The translations under genes and the position numbers were made by a program. Under the pieces are notes generated by a model, which was given only the letters and a program-made list of their open reading frames with translations, had not been told where the DNA came from and did not search any database. Below, in pieces: positions 20,915-31,550 of a stretch of 64,000 bases of DNA. Origin of the DNA: Erysipelotrichaceae bacterium (lineage in GTDB: Bacteria; Bacillota_I; Bacilli_A; RFN20; CAG-449); assembly GCA_015059095.1 (NCBI GenBank), contig SVBA01000008.1, forward strand, positions 21,533-85,532, read 5' to 3'. Each line of letters starts with the position of its first letter. Position 1 is the first letter of the stretch.

Positions 20915-21544
20915 ATGGAAAAGAAAAGTAATATCATTACTAAATGGAAAACTAAATGGAAAGAATTTGAAGAAAAGAAACCAAAGCTATCCAAATTTCT
21001 ATATCAATTCTTCTACTTCTTTGTTTTTTCTAATGGAGTAACAATATGGCAATATCTAGTAATGCTATTTTTACCTCATTTAATGGGTATTAAACTTGCT
21101 TCTATTCCTTTTGTTTGGCCTAGTATTACTCTTTGGACTTGGAAAGATGGTAGTGAAGCAATTTTTGGTATTTTTAATGAACCAGTATTATATAACTCTT
21201 TAGGTGAAGCTATAATTGGAGGAGGATTAGGAAACTTTATCGCTTTTGAAATCGCCGTATTCACTGCCCAATGCATTAACTTCCCTCTTCAAAGAAATAT
21301 CACCTTCAAATCAAAAAGAAATCCATACTATCAAGCTTTATGGTATTTCATTGGTTGGGTACTAATCTCAATTTTTGTCAATGCTCTATGGGGATTTATC
21401 AATATCTTCATCATTCACTTTAATTTAGTTCCTGCTCTATCTAATTTAATTAAAACTATGGTAACAGGAGGATTATCATTTATCATCTTCTTCTTTATTT
21501 TTAAAATTATATTTCCAGAAGGAGAAAAAAAAGAAACAAAATAA
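20915..21544 (+). CDS. Polytopic membrane protein (possibly GtrA-like)
   Basis: RBS AAGGAGA. 4-5 predicted TM helices. No catalytic motif recognised. Confidence 0.45.
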   Translation: MEKKSNIITKWKTKWKEFEEKKPKLSKFLYQFFYFFVFSNGVTIWQYLVMLFLPHLMGIKLASIPFVWPSITLWTWKDGSEAIFGIFNEPVLYNSLGEAIIGGGLGNFIAFEIAVFTAQCINFPLQRNITFKSKRNPYYQALWYFIGWVLISIFVNALWGFINIFIIHFNLVPALSNLIKTMVTGGLSFIIFFFIFKIIFPEGEKKETK

Positions 21545-21567
21545 AATACTGTTTGTACAGTATTTTT

Positions 21568-22308
21568 TTATTCTAAAAATTGAGGTAAAAAGTAAGTATA
21601 TTGTTTCTTCCACCAATACCAGTGATGATCAACATCCTTACCCCATACATCCATAGTAGCCTTTATTCCTAATCTATTAATCGCATTTTGAAGTTTATAG
21701 AAAGACCAATCTACAAAATATTCATAATTACCTTGGCCTACCACAAAGACCATCTTCTTTTGATTATATAAATTAATATAATGATGATTAATATCCATAT
21801 TTTGTAGGAATAAAGCTGGAGAATTATTATAAACATGTTCATTAGTCCACCAATTCCAGAAATAAGACATATCATAACATCCAGAAAGAGCTAGAATACC
21901 AGAAAATAAATCAGGTCTTCTAAAAAACATAATCGCAGCCTGACTTGCACCCATTGAACAACCAGTAACAACAGGTAAAGTAAATCCACCATTTTCCTTA
22001 TAAATAAAAGGCATAACCTCATTAATTATATAATAGTAATATTGTTCTTGCATGTACGCTCTATGTTCATAAGAATTAAATTGATTAGAAAAAGATTCAT
22101 GATCGATTGCATCGACACAAATCAATTTCATTTTTCCTTCTTCAATTAAAGGAGCAAAGAATTCAATCATTCCATTTTTATCATAATCATCAGATTGACC
22201 ATCTTGACATGGAAACACTAGAAAAGTACGACCATAATGTCCATAGACTCTTATGTTCATATCTCTTTCTAAACATTGACTATAATGAGTGTGAATATAA
22301 TATCTCAT
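21568..22308 (-). CDS. Putative esterase (esterase-D/feruloyl-esterase-like alpha/beta hydrolase)
   Basis: GCSMGASQAA (G-x-S-x-G) nucleophile elbow. Overall esterase family pattern. Confidence 0.6.
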   Translation of the reverse strand: MRYYIHTHYSQCLERDMNIRVYGHYGRTFLVFPCQDGQSDDYDKNGMIEFFAPLIEEGKMKLICVDAIDHESFSNQFNSYEHRAYMQEQYYYYIINEVMPFIYKENGGFTLPVVTGCSMGASQAAIMFFRRPDLFSGILALSGCYDMSYFWNWWTNEHVYNNSPALFLQNMDINHHYINLYNQKKMVFVVGQGNYEYFVDWSFYKLQNAINRLGIKATMDVWGKDVDHHWYWWKKQYTYFLPQFLE

Positions 22309-22309
22309 A

Positions 22310-23146
22310 TTAAGCTTCTACTTCATAAGTTAATACATCTAATACTGTTTCTCCATCAATTTGAAGAGGAGTTGGTCTATCAAATGTAACTTTAATTTTC
22401 TTTCCAATAGCAACTTTTACCATATTTTTCTTTTTGTAGTGTTCCCCTTTAAAAATTGAAGGGAATACAATAAGCGCTGCTAATTTTGACCATGATTTAT
22501 ATACAACATTAGTAACTGTTCTCTCAGGATTTAATCTATCTTGGTTAGGCGCCATATTCATACCACCGCCATAATATCTACCATTCATTGTAGGAGCAAT
22601 CCAAACGTTTTTATAATTATAAACTTGTCCATCAACTTCAATAGTAGCCTTAACTTTTTTAAAATGGAATAATAAACCTTTAATCGCAATACTTGTATAA
22701 TCGATTTTAGATTCAGATTGTGCTTTTAATTTGTCACCTTGTTCACAACAATATCCATCAATACCAAATCCGACCCCATTAATAAAATATGATGTTTTTC
22801 CTTTAACTGTAACTTTTGGTAAATTTACTAAATATTTATTTAGTAAAAATAAACCACCTTCATAACCTACATCTTTTAAGAAATCATTACCAGTACCTGC
22901 AGGATAAATATAAACATTATTTGAAGGAATCTTACCTTCTAACTTGTTAACAAAATTATTAATAGTTCCATCTCCACCAACTAAGATGATTTCATCATTT
23001 TCATTTAATTTACTAACAAAATCAACTAAATTAATATGAGTTACTTTAATAACTTCAACTTCTTCTTTTACTAGTTCTAAAACTTTATCTAGAGCCTCTT
23101 CTCCTCTACTATTGTTTGATAATGGATTTACTAAAATATACTTCAT
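22310..23146 (-). CDS. DagK/YegS-family lipid kinase
   Basis: DAGK_cat motif EIILVGGDGTINNFVNKL. Overlaps the upstream esterase stop by 1 nt. Confidence 0.8.
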   Translation of the reverse strand: MKYILVNPLSNNSRGEEALDKVLELVKEEVEVIKVTHINLVDFVSKLNENDEIILVGGDGTINNFVNKLEGKIPSNNVYIYPAGTGNDFLKDVGYEGGLFLLNKYLVNLPKVTVKGKTSYFINGVGFGIDGYCCEQGDKLKAQSESKIDYTSIAIKGLLFHFKKVKATIEVDGQVYNYKNVWIAPTMNGRYYGGGMNMAPNQDRLNPERTVTNVVYKSWSKLAALIVFPSIFKGEHYKKKNMVKVAIGKKIKVTFDRPTPLQIDGETVLDVLTYEVEA

Positions 23147-23147
23147 A

Positions 23148-24005
23148 CTACTTTTCTCCTTTTTCTAAACTATATTTTCCTTTTAAATCTATCACATTTT
23201 CTTTTAAAATATTTTCTACTTTAAGTGCTAATGATTGTGAATCCAAATCCTTATAATCTTCATATGGAATTACTTCACAAATTCTTATATACACATGAGT
23301 TCTTTTTAAAATAAAATTCTTCACAACTTTATCTGTATTAATAACACTCATTACTACAATCGGTTTTTTTGATAAGTAAGCTATTTTCATTGATCCGGCC
23401 TTACAAGGAAGAATTGGATCATCAGTATTATTTCTTGTACCTTCTGGATAAATACCAACAGAACATTGATCTTCATCTAGATACTTTACCGCTTGTTTAA
23501 TCACCTTTAAACTTTGTTTAAGATCTTCTCTATCGATAGGCATAAAACAAATTTTATATAAATAACGATTAATTAAAGGCATTGAGAATAAAGATCTTTT
23601 ACCAATCCAAGAAATATCATAACCTTTTAAAATTGAATTACACGTCATAGGATCAAATTTAGAAATATGATTTGACATAAAAATAAGTCTTTCTTTTTTA
23701 CTAGGCAATTTATCTTTTCCTTCAATATGAACTTTAATTCTTAAGAAATAATTAATAAATATTAATCCTTCTTCAAAAAAGAAGCGATAAAATCTACTAT
23801 GCTTTTCACCAAAATCACCTTTTCTTTTTATTGGTAAGGTGACTAAGAATAGACTAATAAAAGTAAGTAGGAAACAAACAAATAGAAAACCTAAAAAGAT
23901 TAAAACTATCAACCAAAAGGACGCTGGTCTTTCATAAATTTTATCTATAAAAATAGATAATAATGTTAAAATTAATGCTATAAGATAATCAATAACAACT
24001 AACAT
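23148..24005 (-). CDS. plsC: 1-acyl-sn-glycerol-3-phosphate acyltransferase
   Basis: N-terminal TM helices. Acyltransferase motifs FMSNHISKFD (NHxxxxD) and YPEGTR. Confidence 0.8.
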   Translation of the reverse strand: MLVVIDYLIALILTLLSIFIDKIYERPASFWLIVLIFLGFLFVCFLLTFISLFLVTLPIKRKGDFGEKHSRFYRFFFEEGLIFINYFLRIKVHIEGKDKLPSKKERLIFMSNHISKFDPMTCNSILKGYDISWIGKRSLFSMPLINRYLYKICFMPIDREDLKQSLKVIKQAVKYLDEDQCSVGIYPEGTRNNTDDPILPCKAGSMKIAYLSKKPIVVMSVINTDKVVKNFILKRTHVYIRICEVIPYEDYKDLDSQSLALKVENILKENVIDLKGKYSLEKGEK

Positions 24006-24083
24006 AATTTATTTCCTCACCAAAAAATATTGTACCACTTGATATTCAAATAGTACATATTTTTTATCTTACTTACCTTATTT

Positions 24084-25703
24084 TTACTTTATTTCAACAA
24101 CAAAAGATTCAAAAGGTTCTAATAATAATTTATTAGAAAAATAGTCTTTTTTATAATTTGAAAGAAGAACTTTACTATATTTAAAAGGTAATTCTACCTC
24201 TACATTTTTATTTGTCATATTAGTAATTACACCTAAAGAATAATTATTATCAGTTCTAGAATAAACAAATACATCAGTAGAATCATCTAAATATGAATCA
24301 AATTTTCCATATACAAAAGTAGGAGAATATTCACTATGTTTTCTTAAAGATAATAACTTTTTATAGAAATTTAGTATAGAAGAAGGATCTTTACTTTCCT
24401 TTTCGACATTTATATCTACATAATTTGGATGAACTTTAATCCAAGGCGTATCACCAGTAGTAAATCCGGCATTTTTAGAATCATCCCATTGAACAGGAAT
24501 TCTATTATTGTCTCTAGCCTCTTTATATGCTCCATCCATAAATTCTTCATGAGTCAATAAACCAGTTTTAACTAAATCATCATATTTACCATATACTTCA
24601 ACATCACGATAATCTTCTAATTTATCCATTTTGATATTCATCATACCAATTTCTTGACCTTGATAAATATATGGAGTTCCTTTTAATAAGAAATTCATTG
24701 TTGCAATAGCCTTACTAGATTCTACTCTAAAATTTTCATCACCAAATCTATTAATACATCTACCTAAATCATGATTTTCAACCATCAAAGCATTCCAAGA
24801 ACAATCATTTAATCCATATTGATATTTACTTAAAGTGTCTTTAACAAATTTCATATCAATTGGTCGAGGAGTAAATTTTCCATGTCTAGAATGATCATTA
24901 GTATAAGAAGTACATTCAAATTGGAATACCATATCTAATTCTTTTCTTTCTGGTAAAGTGAAATCTTTAGCCTGTTCTAAATTTCCCCAAGCTTCACCAA
25001 CTGTAACAATATCGTAATTACCATAAGAATTTCTATAAAGTTCTTGAACTCTTTCATGTAATTTAGGACCATATCCATAAATATCATTTTCAATTTCTTT
25101 ACCAATATGATGAATTACATCAAATCTAATACCTTTAACACCCTTTTCCATCCAAAAATTAATCGCGTTAGCAATTTCTTCTCTAACTTTAGGATTATCC
25201 CAGTTTAAATCAGGTTGTTCAATTGCAAATTCATGAAAATAATATTCATTTAAAGAAGGAACATATTCCCAAGCACTACCACCAAAACAAGATTGATGAT
25301 CATTACATGGTTTATCTTTAAAAATATAATAATCTCTAAATGGATTATCTTTACCTTTTAAAGCTTCTTTAAACCATCTATGTTCACTTGAAGTATGATT
25401 CGCGACTATATCAATCATGATATACATATCTCTTTTTTTAGTTTCTTCAAGTAATTTGTCCATATCTTCCATCGTACCAAAAAGAGGATTGATATCACAA
25501 AAATCTGCTACATCATAACCATTATCAACCATAGGTGAAGTAAAAAATGGAGTTAACCATAAAATATCTACACCTAGATCTTTTAAGTAGTCCAATTTTT
25601 CAATAATACCATTAATATCGCCTACTCCATCTCCATTTGAATCTTTAAAACTTTTAGGATATATTTGATATACAATTTTATCATGCCACCATTTATTAAC
25701 CAT
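24084..25703 (-). CDS. GH13 alpha-glucosidase / oligo-1,6-glucosidase
   Basis: RBS AAAGGAG. N-terminus WWHDKIVYQIYPKSFKDSNGDGVGDINGIIEKLDYLKDLGVDILWLTPFF. GH13 catalytic regions GIRFDVIHH, GEAW, NHD. Confidence 0.9.
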   Translation of the reverse strand: MVNKWWHDKIVYQIYPKSFKDSNGDGVGDINGIIEKLDYLKDLGVDILWLTPFFTSPMVDNGYDVADFCDINPLFGTMEDMDKLLEETKKRDMYIMIDIVANHTSSEHRWFKEALKGKDNPFRDYYIFKDKPCNDHQSCFGGSAWEYVPSLNEYYFHEFAIEQPDLNWDNPKVREEIANAINFWMEKGVKGIRFDVIHHIGKEIENDIYGYGPKLHERVQELYRNSYGNYDIVTVGEAWGNLEQAKDFTLPERKELDMVFQFECTSYTNDHSRHGKFTPRPIDMKFVKDTLSKYQYGLNDCSWNALMVENHDLGRCINRFGDENFRVESSKAIATMNFLLKGTPYIYQGQEIGMMNIKMDKLEDYRDVEVYGKYDDLVKTGLLTHEEFMDGAYKEARDNNRIPVQWDDSKNAGFTTGDTPWIKVHPNYVDINVEKESKDPSSILNFYKKLLSLRKHSEYSPTFVYGKFDSYLDDSTDVFVYSRTDNNYSLGVITNMTNKNVEVELPFKYSKVLLSNYKKDYFSNKLLLEPFESFVVEIK

Positions 25704-25789
25704 AATAAGAATCTCCTTTTTATCTCATTATTAATATGATATTCATTTTTTTATATAAGTAAAGATATTTTAACTAAAAGTTAAAAAAG

Positions 25790-25826
25790 TATACATAATA
25801 AAAGCACATTAGAGTAATAATGTGCT
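25790..25826 (-). terminator. Rho-independent terminator after addA
   Basis: Minus-strand AGCACATTA-TTACTC-TAATGTGCT followed by a T-rich tract. Confidence 0.5.
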
Positions 25827-25831
25827 AATAA

Positions 25832-28800
25832 TTATTTAATTTCTCGATAAGTTCCTTCAATTATAGAATACAAATATAATCTAATCGGTAAAGAAGAAAT
25901 TTTACTAATATAATCTCTATAAATCTTCACTTGATTATCATATTCTAAATCATCAATATTTTTAGTTTTATAGTCAATGATATCAATATGATCATCATAT
26001 ACTAACATAAGGTCAATAATACCTCTTATTTCATCATCTATAAATTCATATTCTTTGAAGATTTTCGCATTATTTACGTCTTTTAATAATGAAGAATTAA
26101 TAAATTTATAGACTCTAGATTTATAAAAATTATTATCGATAAATGAATAATCTGGATTTTTAAAATCAATAACTTCTAAAATCTCATGAAGATCAGTACC
26201 ACGCTTTAATGCTAATTTATTTGTTCCTATTTTTAGTTCTTTTGAGGCTCTAGTTTTTTCTATTACTTCATGATTAAAATTAGGAGAATGAATAATTAAC
26301 TTCTCATGATTAATCATACTATTAACAATATTTAATGGCTTAACTTTTTCAAAATAATCATAAGGATAATGATTAAACTTTTTATAAACATGATTGAGTA
26401 TTTCTTGGAAAGATTTAACTTCATCTAATTCTTTATCTTTACTATCTGTATTACAAATAAAAATCATTTTTTCTTTTGCTCTAGTTAAAGCAACATACAA
26501 TAATCTAATTCTTTCAGAAATTTCATCAATATTTTTATAATAATTTTCTAAAGTTCTTGTAGGTCCATGATCAATAGAATTAAGTGGTAAAATTAAACCA
26601 AATCTAGAACAAACACTATACTTACTAGTCTTCTCTATTTTATTAAATTCACTATCTAATCTTGGGAAGTAAACTACTGGGAACTCTAATCCTTTCGATT
26701 TATGGATATTCATAATTTTTACTGAGTCTAATGATGAACCAGTCGCAGGTAAAGTAATCTTTAAATTATATTCATCAATATGATCAAAATACGAAATAAA
26801 ATCTTCAAGCGAATAATCTAAATCACTCATTTGTTTAAAATACTTCATAAATTCATCAAGATAAATTTCATTTTTCTTTACATCACCAATTAATACTAAT
26901 TTCGAATAAACTTGTAATTCATCTAATACTTTTTCTAATAATAAATATGATGATAATTCTTTAGAATTATTAATAATATCACTCAACGTTTTAATTAAAG
27001 GTGTATTATCATAATCCTTTTCTTTTACAATTCTATATATTTTTTCATCATTATAATTACAAACAAAAGACCTACTAACAGAAAGGAAAGATAAAATAAA
27101 CTCATTATCTTTTTCTTTTGTATTTATAAGATAATCGATCAATACTAAAAGATTTTTTAATAATCTAACAATTACATTCTCTTTAATGTTTTCATCTTGT
27201 TCGATATATAAAGGTATTTTATATTGTGTAAAAATCTTTTTGAATCTTTCAAAATCTCTACCTCTATCAATCAAAATACAAAAATCTTTAAATGATGCTT
27301 TTCTTAAATGTGCTGGCACTTCATTTCCATCTTTATCTTTTTTAGGTGGAACAAATACTTCATACCCATTATTTATTTTTTTAATAATGTCTTTAGCGAT
27401 AATCACAATTTCATAATCAACTTTTTCTTGTCCTTTAACTCCATCATAAAGAATAAATTCTGAGTCATAGTTTTGTTGACTTGCTTCTAAAGAAGAATAC
27501 ATTTTATTACCAAAATCGATGATATGATCTTTTTTATAATTTGCCCCACCAAGTTCATCGCTCATAATGATAGAAAACATTTTATTAATGTCTTGTAAAA
27601 CATTATTTCTCGAACGGAAATTAGTATTCATATCAATCGCTTCTGGAGATTCTTTAATTTCCCTATTCATAATAGAAAAGACCTTAGTTTCTTTTCCAAG
27701 TTTATAAGAATCATATTTATCTTTAAAAATATCACTTCTCGCATTTCTAAAAGCATAGATACTTTGCTTTATATCTCCTACCATATATACATTATTATTT
27801 TGAATATATGAAACAAAATATTCTTGAAGTAAGGAAGTATCTTGATATTCATCAATCATAATCATTTTATACTTAGAAGTTAATTCATCTCTTACATCTT
27901 TATTTTCTTTTACTAATTTTAAAGCAAATTTAGCAATATCATTAAATTCAAAAACTTGTTTTTCTAATTTATATTCCCATTGTCTTTCATCTAGTTCTTT
28001 AGTAATAGAAATGAGTACTTCTGCATATTCTTTTTGCTTTCTTAAAACAGAAATAACTTCATTTTTAGAAGAAGGAATTTTCTTTATAAAATTCTTTTTT
28101 AGATTTTCTAAAAATAATTTAGATCCTTCTACAGTAGATTTATCTTCTTCACAATCTTTTGGCCATCTAGGAAATTTAAATGTATTAAAAGCACTAAGTA
28201 AGGAATCATAAGTATAAGCATTTCTTAACACTTCAGCATTATCTAAAGAAACACTATAAAAAGTGGCTTGTGTTTTAGCATTTACTATTACATCTGGTAA
28301 ATTTTCTAGAGATTCTAAAAATACTTTTTTCTTTAATAGTAATATCTCTTCAAATTTACTAATCATATATTCCATAAATTCATCAGAATAATATTTTTCA
28401 ATAAAATTATTTAAGAATTCTTCTTTATCTAATTCAAGTTCACTAGTATCATGAATCTTAAGAATTAATTCTTTAATATCTTCATCATCTTTAAAACATA
28501 AATCACTAATCATTTTTTCAAATGGAGCATTATGTTCTTGATATAATCTAGAGAAAATATCTTCAATAATACTACGTTTTTTTATTGACATGACAGTAGA
28601 ATCTACATTAGTTAATTTTGGTGATAAATTTAATAAGAAGTGGTATTTTTTTACAATAGAAGCTGCAAAACTATCAAATGTACCAATATCTGCAGTATCT
28701 ACATCATTACTTGCTTCTTTCAACCCATTAGAATCTAATTTTTGTCTAATTCTTTCTTTCATTTCTGCTGCTGCTAAATTAGTAAAAGTAAGAATTAAGA

Positions 28801-28948
28801 ATTGATCAATACGATAAGAATGATTTTTGACAAACTCTAAAACACGTTCAGATAAAACCGCCGTTTTTCCTGAACCTGCTCCAGCAGAAACAATGATGTT
28901 ATGACCACTAGTATATATCGCTTTTTCTTGTTGCTTTGTCCAACCCAT
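25832..28948 (-). CDS. addA: ATP-dependent helicase/nuclease subunit A (AddA/RexA, UvrD-like helicase + C-terminal nuclease)
   Basis: Walker A SAGAGSGKT. UvrD/PcrA helicase motifs. 1038 aa. Directly downstream of addB. Confidence 0.85.
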   Translation of the reverse strand: MGWTKQQEKAIYTSGHNIIVSAGAGSGKTAVLSERVLEFVKNHSYRIDQFLILTFTNLAAAEMKERIRQKLDSNGLKEASNDVDTADIGTFDSFAASIVKKYHFLLNLSPKLTNVDSTVMSIKKRSIIEDIFSRLYQEHNAPFEKMISDLCFKDDEDIKELILKIHDTSELELDKEEFLNNFIEKYYSDEFMEYMISKFEEILLLKKKVFLESLENLPDVIVNAKTQATFYSVSLDNAEVLRNAYTYDSLLSAFNTFKFPRWPKDCEEDKSTVEGSKLFLENLKKNFIKKIPSSKNEVISVLRKQKEYAEVLISITKELDERQWEYKLEKQVFEFNDIAKFALKLVKENKDVRDELTSKYKMIMIDEYQDTSLLQEYFVSYIQNNNVYMVGDIKQSIYAFRNARSDIFKDKYDSYKLGKETKVFSIMNREIKESPEAIDMNTNFRSRNNVLQDINKMFSIIMSDELGGANYKKDHIIDFGNKMYSSLEASQQNYDSEFILYDGVKGQEKVDYEIVIIAKDIIKKINNGYEVFVPPKKDKDGNEVPAHLRKASFKDFCILIDRGRDFERFKKIFTQYKIPLYIEQDENIKENVIVRLLKNLLVLIDYLINTKEKDNEFILSFLSVSRSFVCNYNDEKIYRIVKEKDYDNTPLIKTLSDIINNSKELSSYLLLEKVLDELQVYSKLVLIGDVKKNEIYLDEFMKYFKQMSDLDYSLEDFISYFDHIDEYNLKITLPATGSSLDSVKIMNIHKSKGLEFPVVYFPRLDSEFNKIEKTSKYSVCSRFGLILPLNSIDHGPTRTLENYYKNIDEISERIRLLYVALTRAKEKMIFICNTDSKDKELDEVKSFQEILNHVYKKFNHYPYDYFEKVKPLNIVNSMINHEKLIIHSPNFNHEVIEKTRASKELKIGTNKLALKRGTDLHEILEVIDFKNPDYSFIDNNFYKSRVYKFINSSLLKDVNNAKIFKEYEFIDDEIRGIIDLMLVYDDHIDIIDYKTKNIDDLEYDNQVKIYRDYISKISSLPIRLYLYSIIEGTYREIK

Positions 28949-28949
28949 T

Positions 28950-31223
28950 TTATTCTTCCTCTTCTAAATCTTCTTGATCTATTTTTATATATCGATTATC
29001 ATCGTCATCTTTAAAACATACTGCTTTTAAAGGACAATTATCACAAGCTTTATTTACTCCATTAATATAAATCGGAGAAATATCAAATACACCTTTTCTA
29101 ATTTTAGAAATAGTATTTTTAATTACTGAATCAGCCTCTTTAACTAAACTTTCAAATTCATCATTAGTAATTAATCTAGATGTTTCTTGATATCCATTTT
29201 TTGTTTTTCTTAATCCTTGAACATATTTACTGTAATTACTTAATGCATGTTCTAAATGTTCTAATTTTTCATTTTCATTAATAGTAATACCTGATAGTTT
29301 ATACATCTTATCAATATTATCCTCATTAGATAAAACATTTTGAATATATATACCAACTTGAGAATATTCAGGATAATTATTCTTTACCAATAAACTATAC
29401 ACTAATAATTGTAAGGATAATCCATGAGGAATGTATGCTTTATTAAATGATTCTCCACCTGTTTTATAATCAACAATAATAACTTCTTTATCATCTTCAT
29501 TAATAATTAATTTATCAATTATTCCTCTTAGAATAGTGTTTTCATCATAATAATAGGACATATTTTGCTCACCATAACTATTTTTAAAAGAAGAAATAAT
29601 TTTAAAATTTTCATTTTTATTTATTACTTCTAAGATTTGAGAAAACAATTTTTCTACAAAGAATTTTTCTTTATCAGTTATAAACTTTTCATTTATTTCT
29701 TGTTCATAATCCTCTTTCTTAACTTCTTTTTTCAATGAATCTTCTAATACTTTATGAAATAACTCTCCTAATTTCATTTCAAAAGTCATTTCAAAATCAT
29801 CCACTTTACAAATTCTTTTAATAAAATAACTAAATGGACATTTATTATATTCATTAATTTGTGAATAAGAAATCTTCATCTCTTTATCAAATTCAAATAA
29901 AGGAGAAGGATAAAATTTGTGATTATATTTTTTATATGAAAAAGAATGAGGATCTATCCCATAAAGATATTTATTGTCAATTCCATAATTAAATAACAAA
30001 TCTTGATAAGATGCTACTTCTAATTGAGATAAAGGCAAACTATATCTTTCATTATCTAATATTGGTTTTACTTTTTTATAACCTAATCTATTAATTAATA
30101 AAGAATCAAAATATACTTTCTTACCTATCTTATTTTTTAAAGAAATATGGAGGTTTTTGTTATTAAACAAGAACTTTTCTAGTTTTTCATAACTCATACT
30201 ATTTTCTATTTTAGAAGTATTTAGCTCGCAGATTTCTTTTTCTTTATCTAATAAAAAATCGGTATCTTTTTTTATAGGAGGATAACTACCTAAAGAAAAA
30301 CCTAAAACAAAAATATGTTTATTTCCTCTATATGAAGAAGATACAATATCAATTCCATATTTATATTTTTTATTTGATAACTTAATATTTCTAGCCTTAT
30401 TTTTAATCAAAGAAATTTTTAAATCTATACTATAGTTTAAATCTAAAATATCATTAACTAAATTAATGATTTTAGGTAAAACATTTAATTTATCTTCTTT
30501 TTCTTTAATACTTTCAAAAGCATCTTCAAAAGATTCTTTTTCTTTAACTAAAGAAATATATTCATTAAATAAAGGTGATTCACTTAATTTCATGTCTAAA
30601 GGAAAATTGATTGGCATGTTATAGAATTTAGAATATTTTCTTAAAATCATTTCATATTCACTAGGATAATTTAAAATACCAATATCTAGTAAGCTTTCAA
30701 CTTCTTTATTATTAACTAACTTACATATTTGATTAAACATATATGTAACTTCATCTTCAATATTTTCAAATTCTAAAACTTGATGTTCGTATCTTTTATT
30801 ATCTTCATCGATAAATTCATAGTCCTTTAAAAGGCTTGTTATTTCTCTATCTTCTTTTGAATATCCATAGATGTATACTTTTTTATTTTCAATTTGTTTT
30901 TTTAATAATGGTCGATACTTTAATAAATTATTACTTATTAATTCTTCTTTGATACTAAATAATAAATCAAGCTTATCATTACCTTTTTTTATGAAATTTA
31001 AATTATTTAAAATCTCTAATGCATTATCAAAACTATACCCTTTATTTAACAAATAAAGGATTGCCTCGTCATCATAAGAAAAAGTTAAAGAAGATATTAA
31101 TTCATTTTTAGACAAATACTTAATAGAGTAATCTAAAGATGAGGAAAATAATTTAATTAATTCTTCTTTCTTTTCATTAGGACATATAATAATACAATTT
31201 TGATCAATTAATTTAATATCCAT
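28950..31223 (-). CDS. addB: Helicase/nuclease subunit B (AddB-type, short form) with C-terminal PD-(D/E)xK nuclease and Fe-S cysteine cluster
   Basis: C-terminal ...GIIDKLII..DYKTG... and CDNCPLKAVC Cys motif. No N-terminal Walker A. The track start at 31229 is a GTG inside the SD, so the start is more likely ATG 31223. Confidence 0.7.
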   Translation of the reverse strand: MDIKLIDQNCIIICPNEKKEELIKLFSSSLDYSIKYLSKNELISSLTFSYDDEAILYLLNKGYSFDNALEILNNLNFIKKGNDKLDLLFSIKEELISNNLLKYRPLLKKQIENKKVYIYGYSKEDREITSLLKDYEFIDEDNKRYEHQVLEFENIEDEVTYMFNQICKLVNNKEVESLLDIGILNYPSEYEMILRKYSKFYNMPINFPLDMKLSESPLFNEYISLVKEKESFEDAFESIKEKEDKLNVLPKIINLVNDILDLNYSIDLKISLIKNKARNIKLSNKKYKYGIDIVSSSYRGNKHIFVLGFSLGSYPPIKKDTDFLLDKEKEICELNTSKIENSMSYEKLEKFLFNNKNLHISLKNKIGKKVYFDSLLINRLGYKKVKPILDNERYSLPLSQLEVASYQDLLFNYGIDNKYLYGIDPHSFSYKKYNHKFYPSPLFEFDKEMKISYSQINEYNKCPFSYFIKRICKVDDFEMTFEMKLGELFHKVLEDSLKKEVKKEDYEQEINEKFITDKEKFFVEKLFSQILEVINKNENFKIISSFKNSYGEQNMSYYYDENTILRGIIDKLIINEDDKEVIIVDYKTGGESFNKAYIPHGLSLQLLVYSLLVKNNYPEYSQVGIYIQNVLSNEDNIDKMYKLSGITINENEKLEHLEHALSNYSKYVQGLRKTKNGYQETSRLITNDEFESLVKEADSVIKNTISKIRKGVFDISPIYINGVNKACDNCPLKAVCFKDDDDNRYIKIDQEDLEEEE

Positions 31224-31260
31224 AACCACCTAAATAAAAACGATAGTCTTCACTATCGTT

Positions 31261-31548
31261 TTAAATCCTATACAATACTACCAATAAGAAAATAATAAAA
31301 CCTGCTAATGAAGTAAAACCAAATATCTTTAACGCTGTTTTTTCTTCTTTTCTAGCACAATGTTTAATTTCTAATAAGCATGCAAGTGCATTAAGTAAAA
31401 AGAAAAGTGAAGTACAAACAAATACTAAAGTTAAAAATAATTCATTATTCTTAACCCAGAATAAAATAATAAATACAATTGCAGGTAAAGTAACTACATA
31501 TTTAATAATTGCAAGTACCTTACTAATTTTTGATTCATAATCTATCAT
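31261..31548 (-). CDS. Small membrane protein (3 TM), translationally coupled to ccpA
   Basis: Start 3 nt after the ccpA stop. Hydrophobic. No recognisable family. Confidence 0.4.
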   Translation of the reverse strand: MIDYESKISKVLAIIKYVVTLPAIVFIILFWVKNNELFLTLVFVCTSLFFLLNALACLLEIKHCARKEEKTALKIFGFTSLAGFIIFLLVVLYRI

Positions 31549-31550
31549 AA

